Made by a program: the position numbers and the translations under genes. 64,000 bases of DNA. Origin: Sandaracinaceae bacterium. GTDB taxonomy: Bacteria; Myxococcota_A; Polyangia; Polyangiales; Sandaracinaceae. A model generated the notes under the pieces. The model saw only the letters and a program-made list of their open reading frames with translations. It ran no database searches and had not been told where the DNA came from. The stretch covers positions 13,056 to 77,055 of the forward strand of contig JBGAQA010000027.1 of NCBI GenBank assembly GCA_044220955.1. Direction: 5' to 3'. Within the stretch, counting starts at the first letter, position 1; each line of letters starts with the position of its first letter. This document shows, one piece after another, positions 39,873 through 49,691 of this stretch.

Positions 39873-40334
39873 GTGATCGAGCGGGCGAAGGTCGACGGGC
39901 TGTCGGCGGGCCAGAAGCGGGACGCGCGCGCGTTCGCGGAGGCGTTCTTCTCCCGCGACGGCGGCCCCGTGCCGGTCGAGCGCCTCGACGCGTTCGTGGC
40001 CGAGCTGGCCGACTTCTTCGGGCACGTGCGGGGGCGCGCGCGCTGGCTCTTCCTCGCCTGCCTCGCGACCGCGACCTGGGGGGCGCCGCTGCTCGTCGGG
40101 CGTCCCTTCACGCGCCTGTCGGCGATGGCCGTGCCGGCGCGGCTCGAGGCGCTCGAGGCGCTCGAGCGCTTCCCGGTCGCCCAGCTCGCGCTCTTCGCGG
40201 TGAAGGCCGTGACGAGCCTGGTCTACTACGAGCATCCGGACGCGATGGAAGAGCTGCGCTGGGACCAGCGCTGTCACGGGAAGAAGGCGCTCCCGGTCTT
40301 GTCGTCGTCGTCGGCGGCGGAGGCCGACGCGTGA
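39873..40334 (+). CDS. Small partner of GMC oxidoreductase (gluconate 2-dehydrogenase subunit 3-like)
   Basis: FTRLS..AR..ALEALE, LVYYEHP; coupled to the GMC gene. Confidence 0.7.
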   Translation: MIERAKVDGLSAGQKRDARAFAEAFFSRDGGPVPVERLDAFVAELADFFGHVRGRARWLFLACLATATWGAPLLVGRPFTRLSAMAVPARLEALEALERFPVAQLALFAVKAVTSLVYYEHPDAMEELRWDQRCHGKKALPVLSSSSAAEADA

Positions 40335-41854
40335 GCGGGCGCATCGAGAGCGGCCGGGCGCAGCGCGGCGACCTCGACCTCGACTGCGACGTCGTCGTCG
40401 TCGGCTCCGGCGCGGGCGGCGCCGTCGTCGCGACCGAGCTCGCGCTCGCCGGCCAGCGCGTGATCGTCGTCGAGGAAGGCAAGGAGGTCCCGGCGTCCGA
40501 GCACGGCGCGATGACCCAGAGCCAGTCGCTGCGCCACGTGTGGCGCGAGGGCGGGATGACGACGGCCATCGGCGTCGGGGGCGCCCCGACCGTGAACCTC
40601 ACCATGGGGCGCGTCGTCGGTGGCTCGTCGATGCTCACCGGCGGCGTGTGCTTCCGCGTCGCCGACGAGGTGCTCGCACGCTGGTCGAGGGAGATGGGCC
40701 TCGCCGAGCTCAGCTCCGCCGCCGTCGACCGCTGCTACGCCCACGTCGAGAAGGCGATGCACGTCGAGGAGGTGCCCGCGAGCATGCGCTCGCGCTCCAC
40801 GGCGCTGTTCGCCGAGGGGGCGAAGAAGCGCGGCTTCGAGCTCGCGCCCATGCACCGCAACACCGACGGCTGCGACGGCTGCGGGCGCTGCAACTTCGGC
40901 TGCCCCCACGGCGCCAAGCGCTCGGTCGATCTCAGCTACCTGCCCCGGGCGCTCGCGGCGGGCGCGACGATCTGGTCGGAGTGCCTCGTCGAGCGGATCG
41001 TGCTCGAAGGCGATCGCGCGGTCGGCGTGCGCGGCCGCATGCTCGACGGTCCCGACGGCGGTCGCGCGGGCCGCTTCACCGTGCGCGCGAAGAAGGTCGT
41101 GGTCGCCTGCGGCGGCGTGCACTCGGCGCTGCTGCTGCGCGCGAGCGGCATCGGCGGCATCGGCGGCCACGTAGGCCGGAACCTCACGCTCCACCCGGGC
41201 TGCCGGGTCTTCGCGCGCTTCGACGAGGAGGTGCGCGGCTGGGCCGGTGCGATGCAGAGCGCGTTCTCGACGGCGTTCGAGCACGAGGGCGTGCTCATGA
41301 ACTCGCTGTTCATCCCCGCGAGCGTGATCGCCGCGACGATGCCGGGGAGCGGTCCGCGTCACGCGCGCCTCGCCGAGCAGGTCGCGCACATCGCGATGTT
41401 CGGCGCGATGGTGCACGACGACGGCGGCGGCCTCGTCGTGCGCAACCCGCTCGGCCGCGAGCCGCTGCTCTTCTACCGCTGCTCGCCGCGCGACGTGGCG
41501 GCGCTTCGTCGGGGGATTCGTCTCGTCGGCGAGGTGTTCCTCGAGGCGGGCGCGCGCGAGATCTTCCTGCCCATCCTGGGGGGCGAGGGCCTCACGCCCG
41601 ACGCGTTCCGACGCTTCGACTTCGACGCCATCCCCATGGTTCGCCTCGAGTGCGCCTCGCAGCACCCGCTCGCGACCTGCCGCATGAGCCGGACGGCACA
41701 GGACGGCGTGGTCGACGCCTGGGGGCGCAGCTGGGACGTGAAGAACCTCTACGTCGCCGACGGCAGCGTCCTTCCTTCCAGCCTCGGGGTGAACCCGCAG
41801 CTCACCGTGATGATGATGGCCACGCGCATCGCATGGCACATGGCCGAGGCGTGA
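40331..41854 (+). CDS. GMC family oxidoreductase
   Basis: VVGSGAGG, GRVVGGSS, CDGCGRCNFGC, GRNLTLHP, NLYVADGS..P..LGVNPQLT. Confidence 0.93.
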   Translation: MSGRIESGRAQRGDLDLDCDVVVVGSGAGGAVVATELALAGQRVIVVEEGKEVPASEHGAMTQSQSLRHVWREGGMTTAIGVGGAPTVNLTMGRVVGGSSMLTGGVCFRVADEVLARWSREMGLAELSSAAVDRCYAHVEKAMHVEEVPASMRSRSTALFAEGAKKRGFELAPMHRNTDGCDGCGRCNFGCPHGAKRSVDLSYLPRALAAGATIWSECLVERIVLEGDRAVGVRGRMLDGPDGGRAGRFTVRAKKVVVACGGVHSALLLRASGIGGIGGHVGRNLTLHPGCRVFARFDEEVRGWAGAMQSAFSTAFEHEGVLMNSLFIPASVIAATMPGSGPRHARLAEQVAHIAMFGAMVHDDGGGLVVRNPLGREPLLFYRCSPRDVAALRRGIRLVGEVFLEAGAREIFLPILGGEGLTPDAFRRFDFDAIPMVRLECASQHPLATCRMSRTAQDGVVDAWGRSWDVKNLYVADGSVLPSSLGVNPQLTVMMMATRIAWHMAEA

Positions 41855-41938
41855 TGCGCGCGCCGCGTCGCGCGGCTCCTCGCGAGCGCGGTCCCGGCGG
41901 CCGTCGCCGGCTGGCCGTGGAACCCGAGCTCGCCCCGG

Positions 41939-43336
41939 GTGTCCGCCGAGGGTGGGAGGCTCCGTGGGGGTGACAGGGGCGGGCCGCTCGGCTACGAGGA
42001 AGGCGGGTTGAGCGCGACGGAGCAGAGCTGGGGCGAGCGAGTTCGGCGCTGGGGCCGGGCGGCCATCGCGGCCGAGCGGCGGTTCTCGGACTGGCTGCCG
42101 ATCACGCCGCTCGGTCTCTCGATCGCGATCTTCGGCGCCGTGGTGCTGAAGCTCTTCGCCTACCCCGAGATGGACCTCGTGCTCCTCGTCATCGGCTACG
42201 GCTGCCTCGGGCTCGTCGCCGTCGCCGCGCTGCTCGTGATCGGCGGCGCCATCCGCCTCAAGCTCGCCTCGCGGCACTACCGCGGGCCCGACGAGCGGAC
42301 GCTGGAGACGGGGCGATCGCTGCCGACGGGGCTCTCGCTGCCCTCGCTCGCGCTCGTTCCCTTCGTGCTCGTGTGGTGGGAGTGGCTCCGGCCGGTGGGC
42401 GCCGCGGTCGAGCTGCGCTCGCGCGGCCTCTCGCTCGAGGAGGACGTGCACCTCGAGGAGCGCGGCCACGTGCGCGGCATCGTGCGACGGATCGTCGTGC
42501 AGGACGTGTTCGGCCTCGCGCGCCTCGCGATCCGCCACGAGGATCCTGCGCGCCTCACGGTGCTCCCGAGCTGCGGCGCGCTGAAGGAGATGCCCGTGCT
42601 CGTGACGCTCTCGGGCGGCGAGGACATCCCGCACCCGATGGGCATCGCCGACGGCGACCGCGTGGAGCTGCGGCGCTACGTTCCCGGGGACCCCGCGCGC
42701 TTCATCCACTGGAAGGTCTACGCACGCGCCCGAAAGCTCGTGGTGCGCGTGCCCGAGCGCGCGCTGACCCGCTCGCGCAGGACCGTCGCGTACCTCGTGG
42801 CGGGCCCCGGCGACGAGCCGGTGGCGGGCGCGGCACGCGTCGCGATCGAGTCGGGAACGCTCGGCGCCGAGTGGGTGTTCGGCGCGGACGGGACGGCGGG
42901 CGAGACCGACGAGGTGGGCCCGGCCGTCGAGAGGGTCGTGCGCTCCATCGCGTCCAGAGAAGAAGGTGCCGGCGGCCTGCGCGCGTTCGTGGACCGCGCG
43001 GAGAAGACGGGCCCGGCGGCGCTCGTCCTCTTCGTGCCCCCCGTGCCGGGGCCCTGGCTCGAGCGGGTGATCGCGCTCGTCAAGCACCGCGCGCATCGAA
43101 CGCGCGTCATCGTCGCGACCGACGGCGTGGACGTGGCGCGGCCGCGCGCGCGGTGGTGGAACCTGCTGGCCCGGGACGTGGAGAGGCGCGGGACGTACGC
43201 CGAGGATCTCGAGGCCGTGGTGCGGGGGCTCTCCGGGGCGCGCGTCGAGGTGCTCGTGCTCGATCGCGCGACGGGGCGAAGGCTCGGCGACGCGCACCGG
43301 GCGGCGATGCGCGCGCTCGCGACGAGGGCGGCCTGA
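41939..43336 (+). CDS. DUF58 family membrane protein
   Basis: DVFGL, ELRRYVPGDP.RFIHWKVYAR; start position uncertain. Confidence 0.88.
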   Translation: MSAEGGRLRGGDRGGPLGYEEGGLSATEQSWGERVRRWGRAAIAAERRFSDWLPITPLGLSIAIFGAVVLKLFAYPEMDLVLLVIGYGCLGLVAVAALLVIGGAIRLKLASRHYRGPDERTLETGRSLPTGLSLPSLALVPFVLVWWEWLRPVGAAVELRSRGLSLEEDVHLEERGHVRGIVRRIVVQDVFGLARLAIRHEDPARLTVLPSCGALKEMPVLVTLSGGEDIPHPMGIADGDRVELRRYVPGDPARFIHWKVYARARKLVVRVPERALTRSRRTVAYLVAGPGDEPVAGAARVAIESGTLGAEWVFGADGTAGETDEVGPAVERVVRSIASREEGAGGLRAFVDRAEKTGPAALVLFVPPVPGPWLERVIALVKHRAHRTRVIVATDGVDVARPRARWWNLLARDVERRGTYAEDLEAVVRGLSGARVEVLVLDRATGRRLGDAHRAAMRALATRAA

Positions 43337-45531
43337 TGGCGGAGCCCGCCAAGCGGCGAGCCGCGGCCGAGCCGCCGCCGACCACCAACCCGGAGAAGCT
43401 GCCCGAGCCGCTGCTCGCGACGCTGCTCCGCATGTTCGTGTACACCGTGACCGCGGGCGTGTTCGCCTGGCCGCTCACGGTGCCGGAGAGCGCGCTCGCG
43501 GCGGCATGCGCGGCCGGGATGGCGTCGGTCGTGGGCCGCGCCCTCGCCGCGACGCGCGCGCGGACGTGGGTGATCGCGGCGGGCGCGTTCGCTGCGCTCC
43601 TGTTCTCCCTCTGGCTCTCCGGGGCGCTCGTCGGCAGCGCCGCGGTCGCCGCTGCGCTCGGCCCCGCCGTCGCTCTGCGCATCGGCGAGGTCCTCGCCTT
43701 CGGGCTCGGCGCGCTGACCATCGGTACCGGCGTGCGGGCCGCGTCCTCGCGCCACCGCAACGCGGCGCTGCTCGAGGCCACCTTCGTCGCGGTCGCGTTC
43801 GGCACGCTCGTCGTGGCCCACCGGCACGGCGCCATCCACCGACCCTTCGAGATCGCCGACTGGTTCCTCGAGCGCGGCTCCGATCCCACGATCGCCGTCC
43901 TCGCGATCGGCACCGTCGCCGGGATCGTCATCGGGCTCCTCTTGCTGAGCGAGCGCAAGCTCTGGCGCTCCATCTTCCACGTCCTGTTCGTGCTCCTGCT
44001 CCTGCTCGGCGTGTTCGCCACGACGCAGGTCGTCGGCCTGCCGTCGCCGCCACAGACGGGCGACGGCCTCGGGCTGCGTGACGACCAGCACGACCAGCAC
44101 GACGGCATCCACCAGCCCGGCGGGCCCGAGTTCCAGGACGAGTACGATCAGTCCGGCGGGCAGGCGCCCGTCGCGATCGTCGTGCTGCACGACGACTACT
44201 CGCCGCCGACCGGCGTCTACTACTTCCGGCAGGACGCCTACAGCCAGTACAACGGCCACCGGATGGTCGCGGCGACGATCGCGGGCGTCGACGACGACGT
44301 CGCGCCGGGATATCCGACGACGCGCATGGTGTCGATCGCGCACGCCCCCGAGGCGGGAGCGTACCGAGGCACGGTGGAGACGACCGTCGGCCTGCTCGCC
44401 GATCACCCGCGGCCCTTCGCGCTCGAGTCGCCGATCGCGCTGATGCCCATCACGAACCCGAACCCGGCCCGCTTCCGCCGGACCTACCGGGCGCGCTCGG
44501 CGGTGCTCACGGCCGACGAGTGGTCCCTCGTGGACGCGCGCGCGGGCGATCCGAGCTGGTCGCCCGAGATCCTGGCTCACTACACCCACGGTCCGCCGGA
44601 TCCCCGCTACCACGAGCTGGCGCTGCGCATCGTCGGGGATCTGCCGCCGCAGTACCGCGAGAGCCAGTACGCGCAGGCGCTCGCGATCACGAGCTACCTC
44701 GGCACCAACGGCATCTACTCGCTGCGGAGCCGTCACGCCTCGGCTGCGGATCCGGCGGCGGACTTCCTCTTCGGCGACATGACGGGCTACTGCGTGCACT
44801 TCGCGCACGCGACCGTGTACTTGCTGCGCTCGCTCGGCCTGCCGGCGCGGGTCGCGACCGGGTACATGGTGCCGGAGTCGTCGCGGCACGGCGGCAGCGC
44901 GGTGCTCATCGACGGGCGTGCGTCGCACGCGTGGCCGGAGATCTACCTCGACGGTGTCGGCTGGGTGGTCGTCGACGTGGCGCCCGAGCGCTCGCTCGAC
45001 TCGGCGCCGCCCCCGCCCGACGAGGATCTGCAGCAGCTCCTCGCGGAGCTGCTGCGGGGCGAGACGCCGCTGCCGACGGACGGGTCGGAGGCGCCGCAGC
45101 CGCTCGACGAGCTCGCGCGCGACATCACCCGGCCCCTCGTGCGCGGCCTCCTTTCACTGATCGTCCTCGCGATCGTGCTCGGGTACCTGGGCAAGCTCGG
45201 GCGGCGCGCCGCGCCCGCGTTCGCGGCGGAGGGCACGCTGCCTCGGGTCGCCTACCGAGCGGCGCTGGACGTGCTGGGCGAGGCCGGGATCCGCCGGGAG
45301 CCAGGCGAGTCGCGTGAGGCGTTCGCGCTCCGGGTGAAGACCCGGATCCCGAGCCTCGCGCCGCTGACCGACGCGCACGCGGCCGTCGCCTACGCGAGCC
45401 GGACGCGGCCGGCGATCGGCACCGTGCGCGCGGCGGCGCGCGCGGTGCGGCGCGAGCGCGCGAAGCACGTTCCCTTCTGGCGGCGCCTGCTCGGCCTCGC
45501 CGATCCGTTCTCGTGGATCTGGACACGTTAG
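43336..45531 (+). CDS. Membrane transglutaminase-like protein (TgpA-type)
   Basis: Multiple TMs; catalytic GYCVHFA, SHAWPE, VVVD. Confidence 0.9.
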   Translation: MAEPAKRRAAAEPPPTTNPEKLPEPLLATLLRMFVYTVTAGVFAWPLTVPESALAAACAAGMASVVGRALAATRARTWVIAAGAFAALLFSLWLSGALVGSAAVAAALGPAVALRIGEVLAFGLGALTIGTGVRAASSRHRNAALLEATFVAVAFGTLVVAHRHGAIHRPFEIADWFLERGSDPTIAVLAIGTVAGIVIGLLLLSERKLWRSIFHVLFVLLLLLGVFATTQVVGLPSPPQTGDGLGLRDDQHDQHDGIHQPGGPEFQDEYDQSGGQAPVAIVVLHDDYSPPTGVYYFRQDAYSQYNGHRMVAATIAGVDDDVAPGYPTTRMVSIAHAPEAGAYRGTVETTVGLLADHPRPFALESPIALMPITNPNPARFRRTYRARSAVLTADEWSLVDARAGDPSWSPEILAHYTHGPPDPRYHELALRIVGDLPPQYRESQYAQALAITSYLGTNGIYSLRSRHASAADPAADFLFGDMTGYCVHFAHATVYLLRSLGLPARVATGYMVPESSRHGGSAVLIDGRASHAWPEIYLDGVGWVVVDVAPERSLDSAPPPPDEDLQQLLAELLRGETPLPTDGSEAPQPLDELARDITRPLVRGLLSLIVLAIVLGYLGKLGRRAAPAFAAEGTLPRVAYRAALDVLGEAGIRREPGESREAFALRVKTRIPSLAPLTDAHAAVAYASRTRPAIGTVRAAARAVRRERAKHVPFWRRLLGLADPFSWIWTR

Positions 45532-45539
45532 GAGAAGAC

Positions 45540-46571
45540 ATGGAAGCGACGACGACCGACGAAGCGCCGAAGGCGAGCGAGACGAAGGGCGAGGGAGCGA
45601 CGCTCGATCGCGCCAAGTCCGTCGCCCAGCGGCTCACCAAGCGCCTCGCCGCAGCCATCCGCGGCCGGGACGAGGTGATCGAGCTCGTGCTCACGGCGCT
45701 GCTCGCCGACGGGCACGTGCTGCTCGAGGACTACCCCGGATCGGGCAAGACGACGCTCGCGCGCGCGCTCGGGGCGGCTGTCACGGGGGGTGGAGACGCC
45801 ATCGCCTCGTTCCGCCGCATCCAGTTCACGCCCGATCTGCTCCCGAGCGACATCACGGGCACGAACGTGTTCGAGCCCGAGCGCTCGCGCTTCGTGTTCC
45901 GGCGCGGACCGATCTTCGCGCACGTGGTGCTCGCCGACGAGATCAACCGGACCTCGCCCAAGGTGCAGGCCGCGATGCTCGAGGCGATGGCCGAGAAGCA
46001 GGTGACGGTCGACAACGAAACGCACCCGCTCGACACCCTCTTCTTCGTCATCGCGACGCAGAACCCGCTCGACCTCGCGGGCACGTACCCGCTCCCGACG
46101 CCGCAGCTCGACCGCTTCCTGTTCAAGATCCGGATGGAGCACATCGCGCGCGAGGCGGAGCTCGAGGTGCTCGCGGCGTACCCGCGCCCGCACCTCTCGC
46201 TGGCCGAGGATCTGCCCGGCGTGACGCGGGACGAGCTGATCGGTGCGCGCGAGGCGATCCGAAACGGGGTGCGCATCGACGTCGCGTTCCAGAGCGCGCT
46301 GGTCGACCTCGCGCGCGGTCTGCGCGCCGACAAGCGCGTGCTCCAGGGCGCCTCCACGCGCTCGCTCGTGCTCCTGCTCCCGGCGCTGCAGGCGCACGCG
46401 CTCGTGAGCGGTCGCGACTACGTCTCGCCGCGCGACCTCGAGGTGCTCGCGCCCTACGTGTTCGGCCACCGCCTCGAGTGCGCGCCGGGCGTCGACGACG
46501 TGATGAGCGTGGTCCGCGAGCACACCGGCATCGAGATCGAGCGTCTCGCCCGCAAGAGCCTGGCGCGCTGA
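45540..46571 (+). CDS. MoxR family AAA+ ATPase
   Basis: GHVLLEDYPGSGKT, RIQFTPDLLPSD, LADEINR, ATQNP, QLDRF; AGGAG RBS. Confidence 0.95.
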   Translation: MEATTTDEAPKASETKGEGATLDRAKSVAQRLTKRLAAAIRGRDEVIELVLTALLADGHVLLEDYPGSGKTTLARALGAAVTGGGDAIASFRRIQFTPDLLPSDITGTNVFEPERSRFVFRRGPIFAHVVLADEINRTSPKVQAAMLEAMAEKQVTVDNETHPLDTLFFVIATQNPLDLAGTYPLPTPQLDRFLFKIRMEHIAREAELEVLAAYPRPHLSLAEDLPGVTRDELIGAREAIRNGVRIDVAFQSALVDLARGLRADKRVLQGASTRSLVLLLPALQAHALVSGRDYVSPRDLEVLAPYVFGHRLECAPGVDDVMSVVREHTGIEIERLARKSLAR

Positions 46572-46605
46572 TCGTGCCAGCCTCCCGCGCGAGACGGAGC
46601 TCGAT

Positions 46606-46643
46606 CCCTTCTCCCACCGGGTGGGAGAGGGCCAGGGTGAGGG
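46606..46643 (+). repeat. REP-like palindromic element
   Basis: CCCTTCTCCCAC-CGG-GTGGGAGAGGG..GGGTGAGGG; related partial inverted copy at 61177-61197. Confidence 0.6.
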
Positions 46644-48733
46644 CGCGTTCCCTCGGGCTCGCGCTGGCGTCGCTCGCGCTCTCGGCGGCGCTCGTGCATG
46701 CGCAGGGCGAGCCACCCCCGCCCTCGACGGACGTCCCCGACGACGCGCCGCCGCCGGACGAGACGCCGGGAGAGGACGCTCCACAGGACGACATCGTCAT
46801 CGGCACGGGCGACTTCGATCCTTGCACGCTCATCGGCCCGGGCGACGGCGAGGACTCGACGCCCGAGGAGTACCGAGCGTGGTGCAACGCCGATCAGGGC
46901 AACTACATCCGTGCCCGCGAGCTCGCCGAGGCGGTCGTGCGCGCGCGCCCGACCTCGTACGTCGGCAACTTCGTGCTCGGCTACGTGCACCACATGGGCG
47001 AGGCGAACGCGCCGCGCGCGCTCTTCTACCTGCGCATCGCGCTCCAGCAGTACACGCACGCTTGGGGCGATCCGCCGATGCCGAGCGGCCCGTGGCGCTG
47101 GCACGCGCGCATGCTGCAGGAGATGGCCTTCGTCGAGGGCGAGCTCGAGCACTACACCGAGCAGCTCGCGTGGATGGACCGCTACAACGAGCAGTACGAC
47201 CCCGACATGGCCGCGGAGGCGGCGTGGCCGCTCATGAAGATGCGCCGCTTCGACGACGCGCGGCGCGTGGCGCAGGCGGCCCTCTCGGAGGGCTCGCCCT
47301 GGCAGGTCGAGGTGGCGCTCAACGCGCTCTGCGCGGTCGAGTTCGAGGCGGGCGACGAGCAGCGCAGCCACACCGCGTGTCGCGCGGCGCTCGACCTGCA
47401 CGGCGCCGATCCGGATCGACAGAGCGCCGTCGACTTCACGAACTTCGCCGAGTCTTCGCGCTCGCTCTTCCAGCTCGATGAGGCCGAGGAGATCGGCCTG
47501 CAAGCGACGCGCGCGCAGGTCGCGTGGTTCGGCAATCCCTTCGTCGAGCTCGCGGAGCTCTACGTGCGCGAGGCGCGCTTCCCCGAGGCGCTGGACATGC
47601 TGCACCAGGTCCACCCGTACCGGCTGCGACGGCCGCCGCACGTGCAGGACGCCGATCGCAACGAGGCGCGGCGCGCGCTCAGCGAGTTCTTCGTCGTGGT
47701 CGGCCGTGGTGAGGAGGCGGTGCGCATCACCAGCAAGGCCGTGAACGCGCCGGATCGACGCTCGCACAACAGCCGTGATGCCGCGCAGGATCTCGCGGTC
47801 GCGGCGATCCTCGATCGCGTGGCGCGCCGCATCCACGCCGACGAGATCGAGCGGGCGGCGCTGGGCGAGCCCTTCTTCGAGCGCGTGATCGCCAGCGGGC
47901 AGGCGGCGCTCGAGCGCTGGGAGGCGTGGACGAGCGGACGGCAGGCGGCGCGGGCGCTCTCCGACACGAACCGGCTCGTCGGCATCTTCCAGATCGGCCG
48001 CGCGCGCAGCGGGATCCTGCCGCCCTGGCTCGCGGGCGAGCTCGCGTCGGTGCTCGGTGCGGGCGTCACGATCGAGGCGATCCGGCGGGCGCGCGCCGAG
48101 GATCCGAGGGCAGGCGCGGGCGCGTACTACGACGCCTTCGAGGCCGAGGCGGAGCTCGAGGCGGGCGATGCCGCGCGCGCGTACGAGCTGGCCCGCCGCG
48201 CGCACGACGCGCTCGCGCCGGCGGAGGCGCTCCTGCGCGCGAGGACCAGCGCGATCGCAGCCGAGGCGGCGATGCGCGAGGGACGCGAGACGGACGCGCT
48301 CGCCGCGTACGACGAGGCCTTCCAGATCGATCCGGGGATCTGGGTGCGCATGGATCTCACCGTGCCCGTGCGCGTCGTCTCGCGCGGCGGCGCCATCGCG
48401 GCCGAGACTGCGGACCTGCTCGCCGGCAGCGCGCGCTTCGACGTCGCAGACATCGGCCTCACGATCGACGTCGAGGCCTCGAGCGCACACGGCCGCGCGT
48501 GCCTCACGAGCAGCACGGGTGCCGTGCTCGGCTGCGGCGAGCTCGACCCCGAGACGGACGAGACGAGCGACGCGTTCGCGGCGCGCCTGGCCCGGGCGCT
48601 GATCGAGACCGCGTTCGCCCCGCGCATCGACATGAGTCAGACGGACGCCGCCGGCCTCGACGGCAGCAACGTCACGGCCCAGGGCGGCCTCCGCACCCTG
48701 CTCGACCAGGGCGCCGCCCTCGACGAGCCCTAG
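46637..48733 (+). CDS. Exported TPR-like protein
   Basis: Signal peptide ending VHA, Pro/Asp linker, long helical-repeat body. Confidence 0.8.
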   Translation: MRARSLGLALASLALSAALVHAQGEPPPPSTDVPDDAPPPDETPGEDAPQDDIVIGTGDFDPCTLIGPGDGEDSTPEEYRAWCNADQGNYIRARELAEAVVRARPTSYVGNFVLGYVHHMGEANAPRALFYLRIALQQYTHAWGDPPMPSGPWRWHARMLQEMAFVEGELEHYTEQLAWMDRYNEQYDPDMAAEAAWPLMKMRRFDDARRVAQAALSEGSPWQVEVALNALCAVEFEAGDEQRSHTACRAALDLHGADPDRQSAVDFTNFAESSRSLFQLDEAEEIGLQATRAQVAWFGNPFVELAELYVREARFPEALDMLHQVHPYRLRRPPHVQDADRNEARRALSEFFVVVGRGEEAVRITSKAVNAPDRRSHNSRDAAQDLAVAAILDRVARRIHADEIERAALGEPFFERVIASGQAALERWEAWTSGRQAARALSDTNRLVGIFQIGRARSGILPPWLAGELASVLGAGVTIEAIRRARAEDPRAGAGAYYDAFEAEAELEAGDAARAYELARRAHDALAPAEALLRARTSAIAAEAAMREGRETDALAAYDEAFQIDPGIWVRMDLTVPVRVVSRGGAIAAETADLLAGSARFDVADIGLTIDVEASSAHGRACLTSSTGAVLGCGELDPETDETSDAFAARLARALIETAFAPRIDMSQTDAAGLDGSNVTAQGGLRTLLDQGAALDEP

Positions 48734-48746
48734 CTCGACCGCGCCT

Positions 48747-48891
48747 GGGGTCACTCCACACCCATCCAACCTCGCGAAATCACGCCGGACTGGCGGCAAG
48801 ATGCGCTGTACACAATTCGCGAAAGTGTTCAGCGCATCTTGCCGCAGGATCGGAGTGAATTCAGGTCGTTACCTGGGTGTGGAGTGACCCC
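48747..48891. repeat. 145-bp palindromic element (MITE-like)
   Basis: Perfect 18-bp outer and 16-bp inner inverted repeats share centre 48819. Confidence 0.8.
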
Positions 48892-48907
48892 GCTCAGCGG
48901 TCCCCGC

Positions 48908-49633
48908 TCAGCCGAGGTTGTGGAAGACCTTCTGGACGTCGTCGTCCTGCTCGAGGGCGGAGACGAGCTCCATGACCTCCTTCACCTTCGCGTCGTCGTC
49001 GAGCGTGGTGAGCGTCTGGGCGACGTACTCGCTCTCGGCGGAGAGGACCTCGATCCCGCGGCGCTCGAGCTCGGCCTGCACGCGGCCGAAGTCCTTCAGC
49101 GCGCAGCGGATGAGCAGCTGAGGCTCGCCCTTGTCCCCCGTGGTCTCGCCCATCTGCTCGAGGCCGTGGTCGATGAGGTCCAGCTCGAGCGCCTCCGCGT
49201 CGATTCCCTCGGGCGAGAGCCGGAACACACCCATGTGCTCGAACATGAACGCGACGCTGCCCGTCTGCCCGAACGAGCCGCCCCAGTCCTTCATGATCGC
49301 GCGGACGTTCGCGACCGTGCGTTGCGGGTTGTCGGTCGCCGTCTCGATCACCAGGGCGATCCCGTGCGGCGCGTAGCCCTCGTACACGACCGTCTCGAAC
49401 GTGCGCCCGTCCGTGCCGGCGGCCTTCTTGATCGCGTTCTCGATCTTCTCGCGCGGCATGTTCGCCGCCCGCGCATTCGCGATGGCTCGGCGGAGCGCCG
49501 GGTTGCTGTTCGGATCGGTGCTGCCCGAGCGCATCGCCATCGCGATCTCGCGCCCCGCGCGCGTGAACGCCTTGGCCATGCGGTCCCAGCGCGCGAACAT
49601 CGTCGTCTTCCGCTTCTCGAAGATCCGGCCCAT
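48908..49633 (-). CDS. YebC/PmpR family protein
   Basis: [41 protein letters not shown]. Confidence 0.95.
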   Translation of the reverse strand: MGRIFEKRKTTMFARWDRMAKAFTRAGREIAMAMRSGSTDPNSNPALRRAIANARAANMPREKIENAIKKAAGTDGRTFETVVYEGYAPHGIALVIETATDNPQRTVANVRAIMKDWGGSFGQTGSVAFMFEHMGVFRLSPEGIDAEALELDLIDHGLEQMGETTGDKGEPQLLIRCALKDFGRVQAELERRGIEVLSAESEYVAQTLTTLDDDAKVKEVMELVSALEQDDDVQKVFHNLG

Positions 49634-49691
49634 GACGCTCCGAACCTACTACGGCGGCGGCGGTGGATCACGCGCAACGCGGGTCGTCGCG

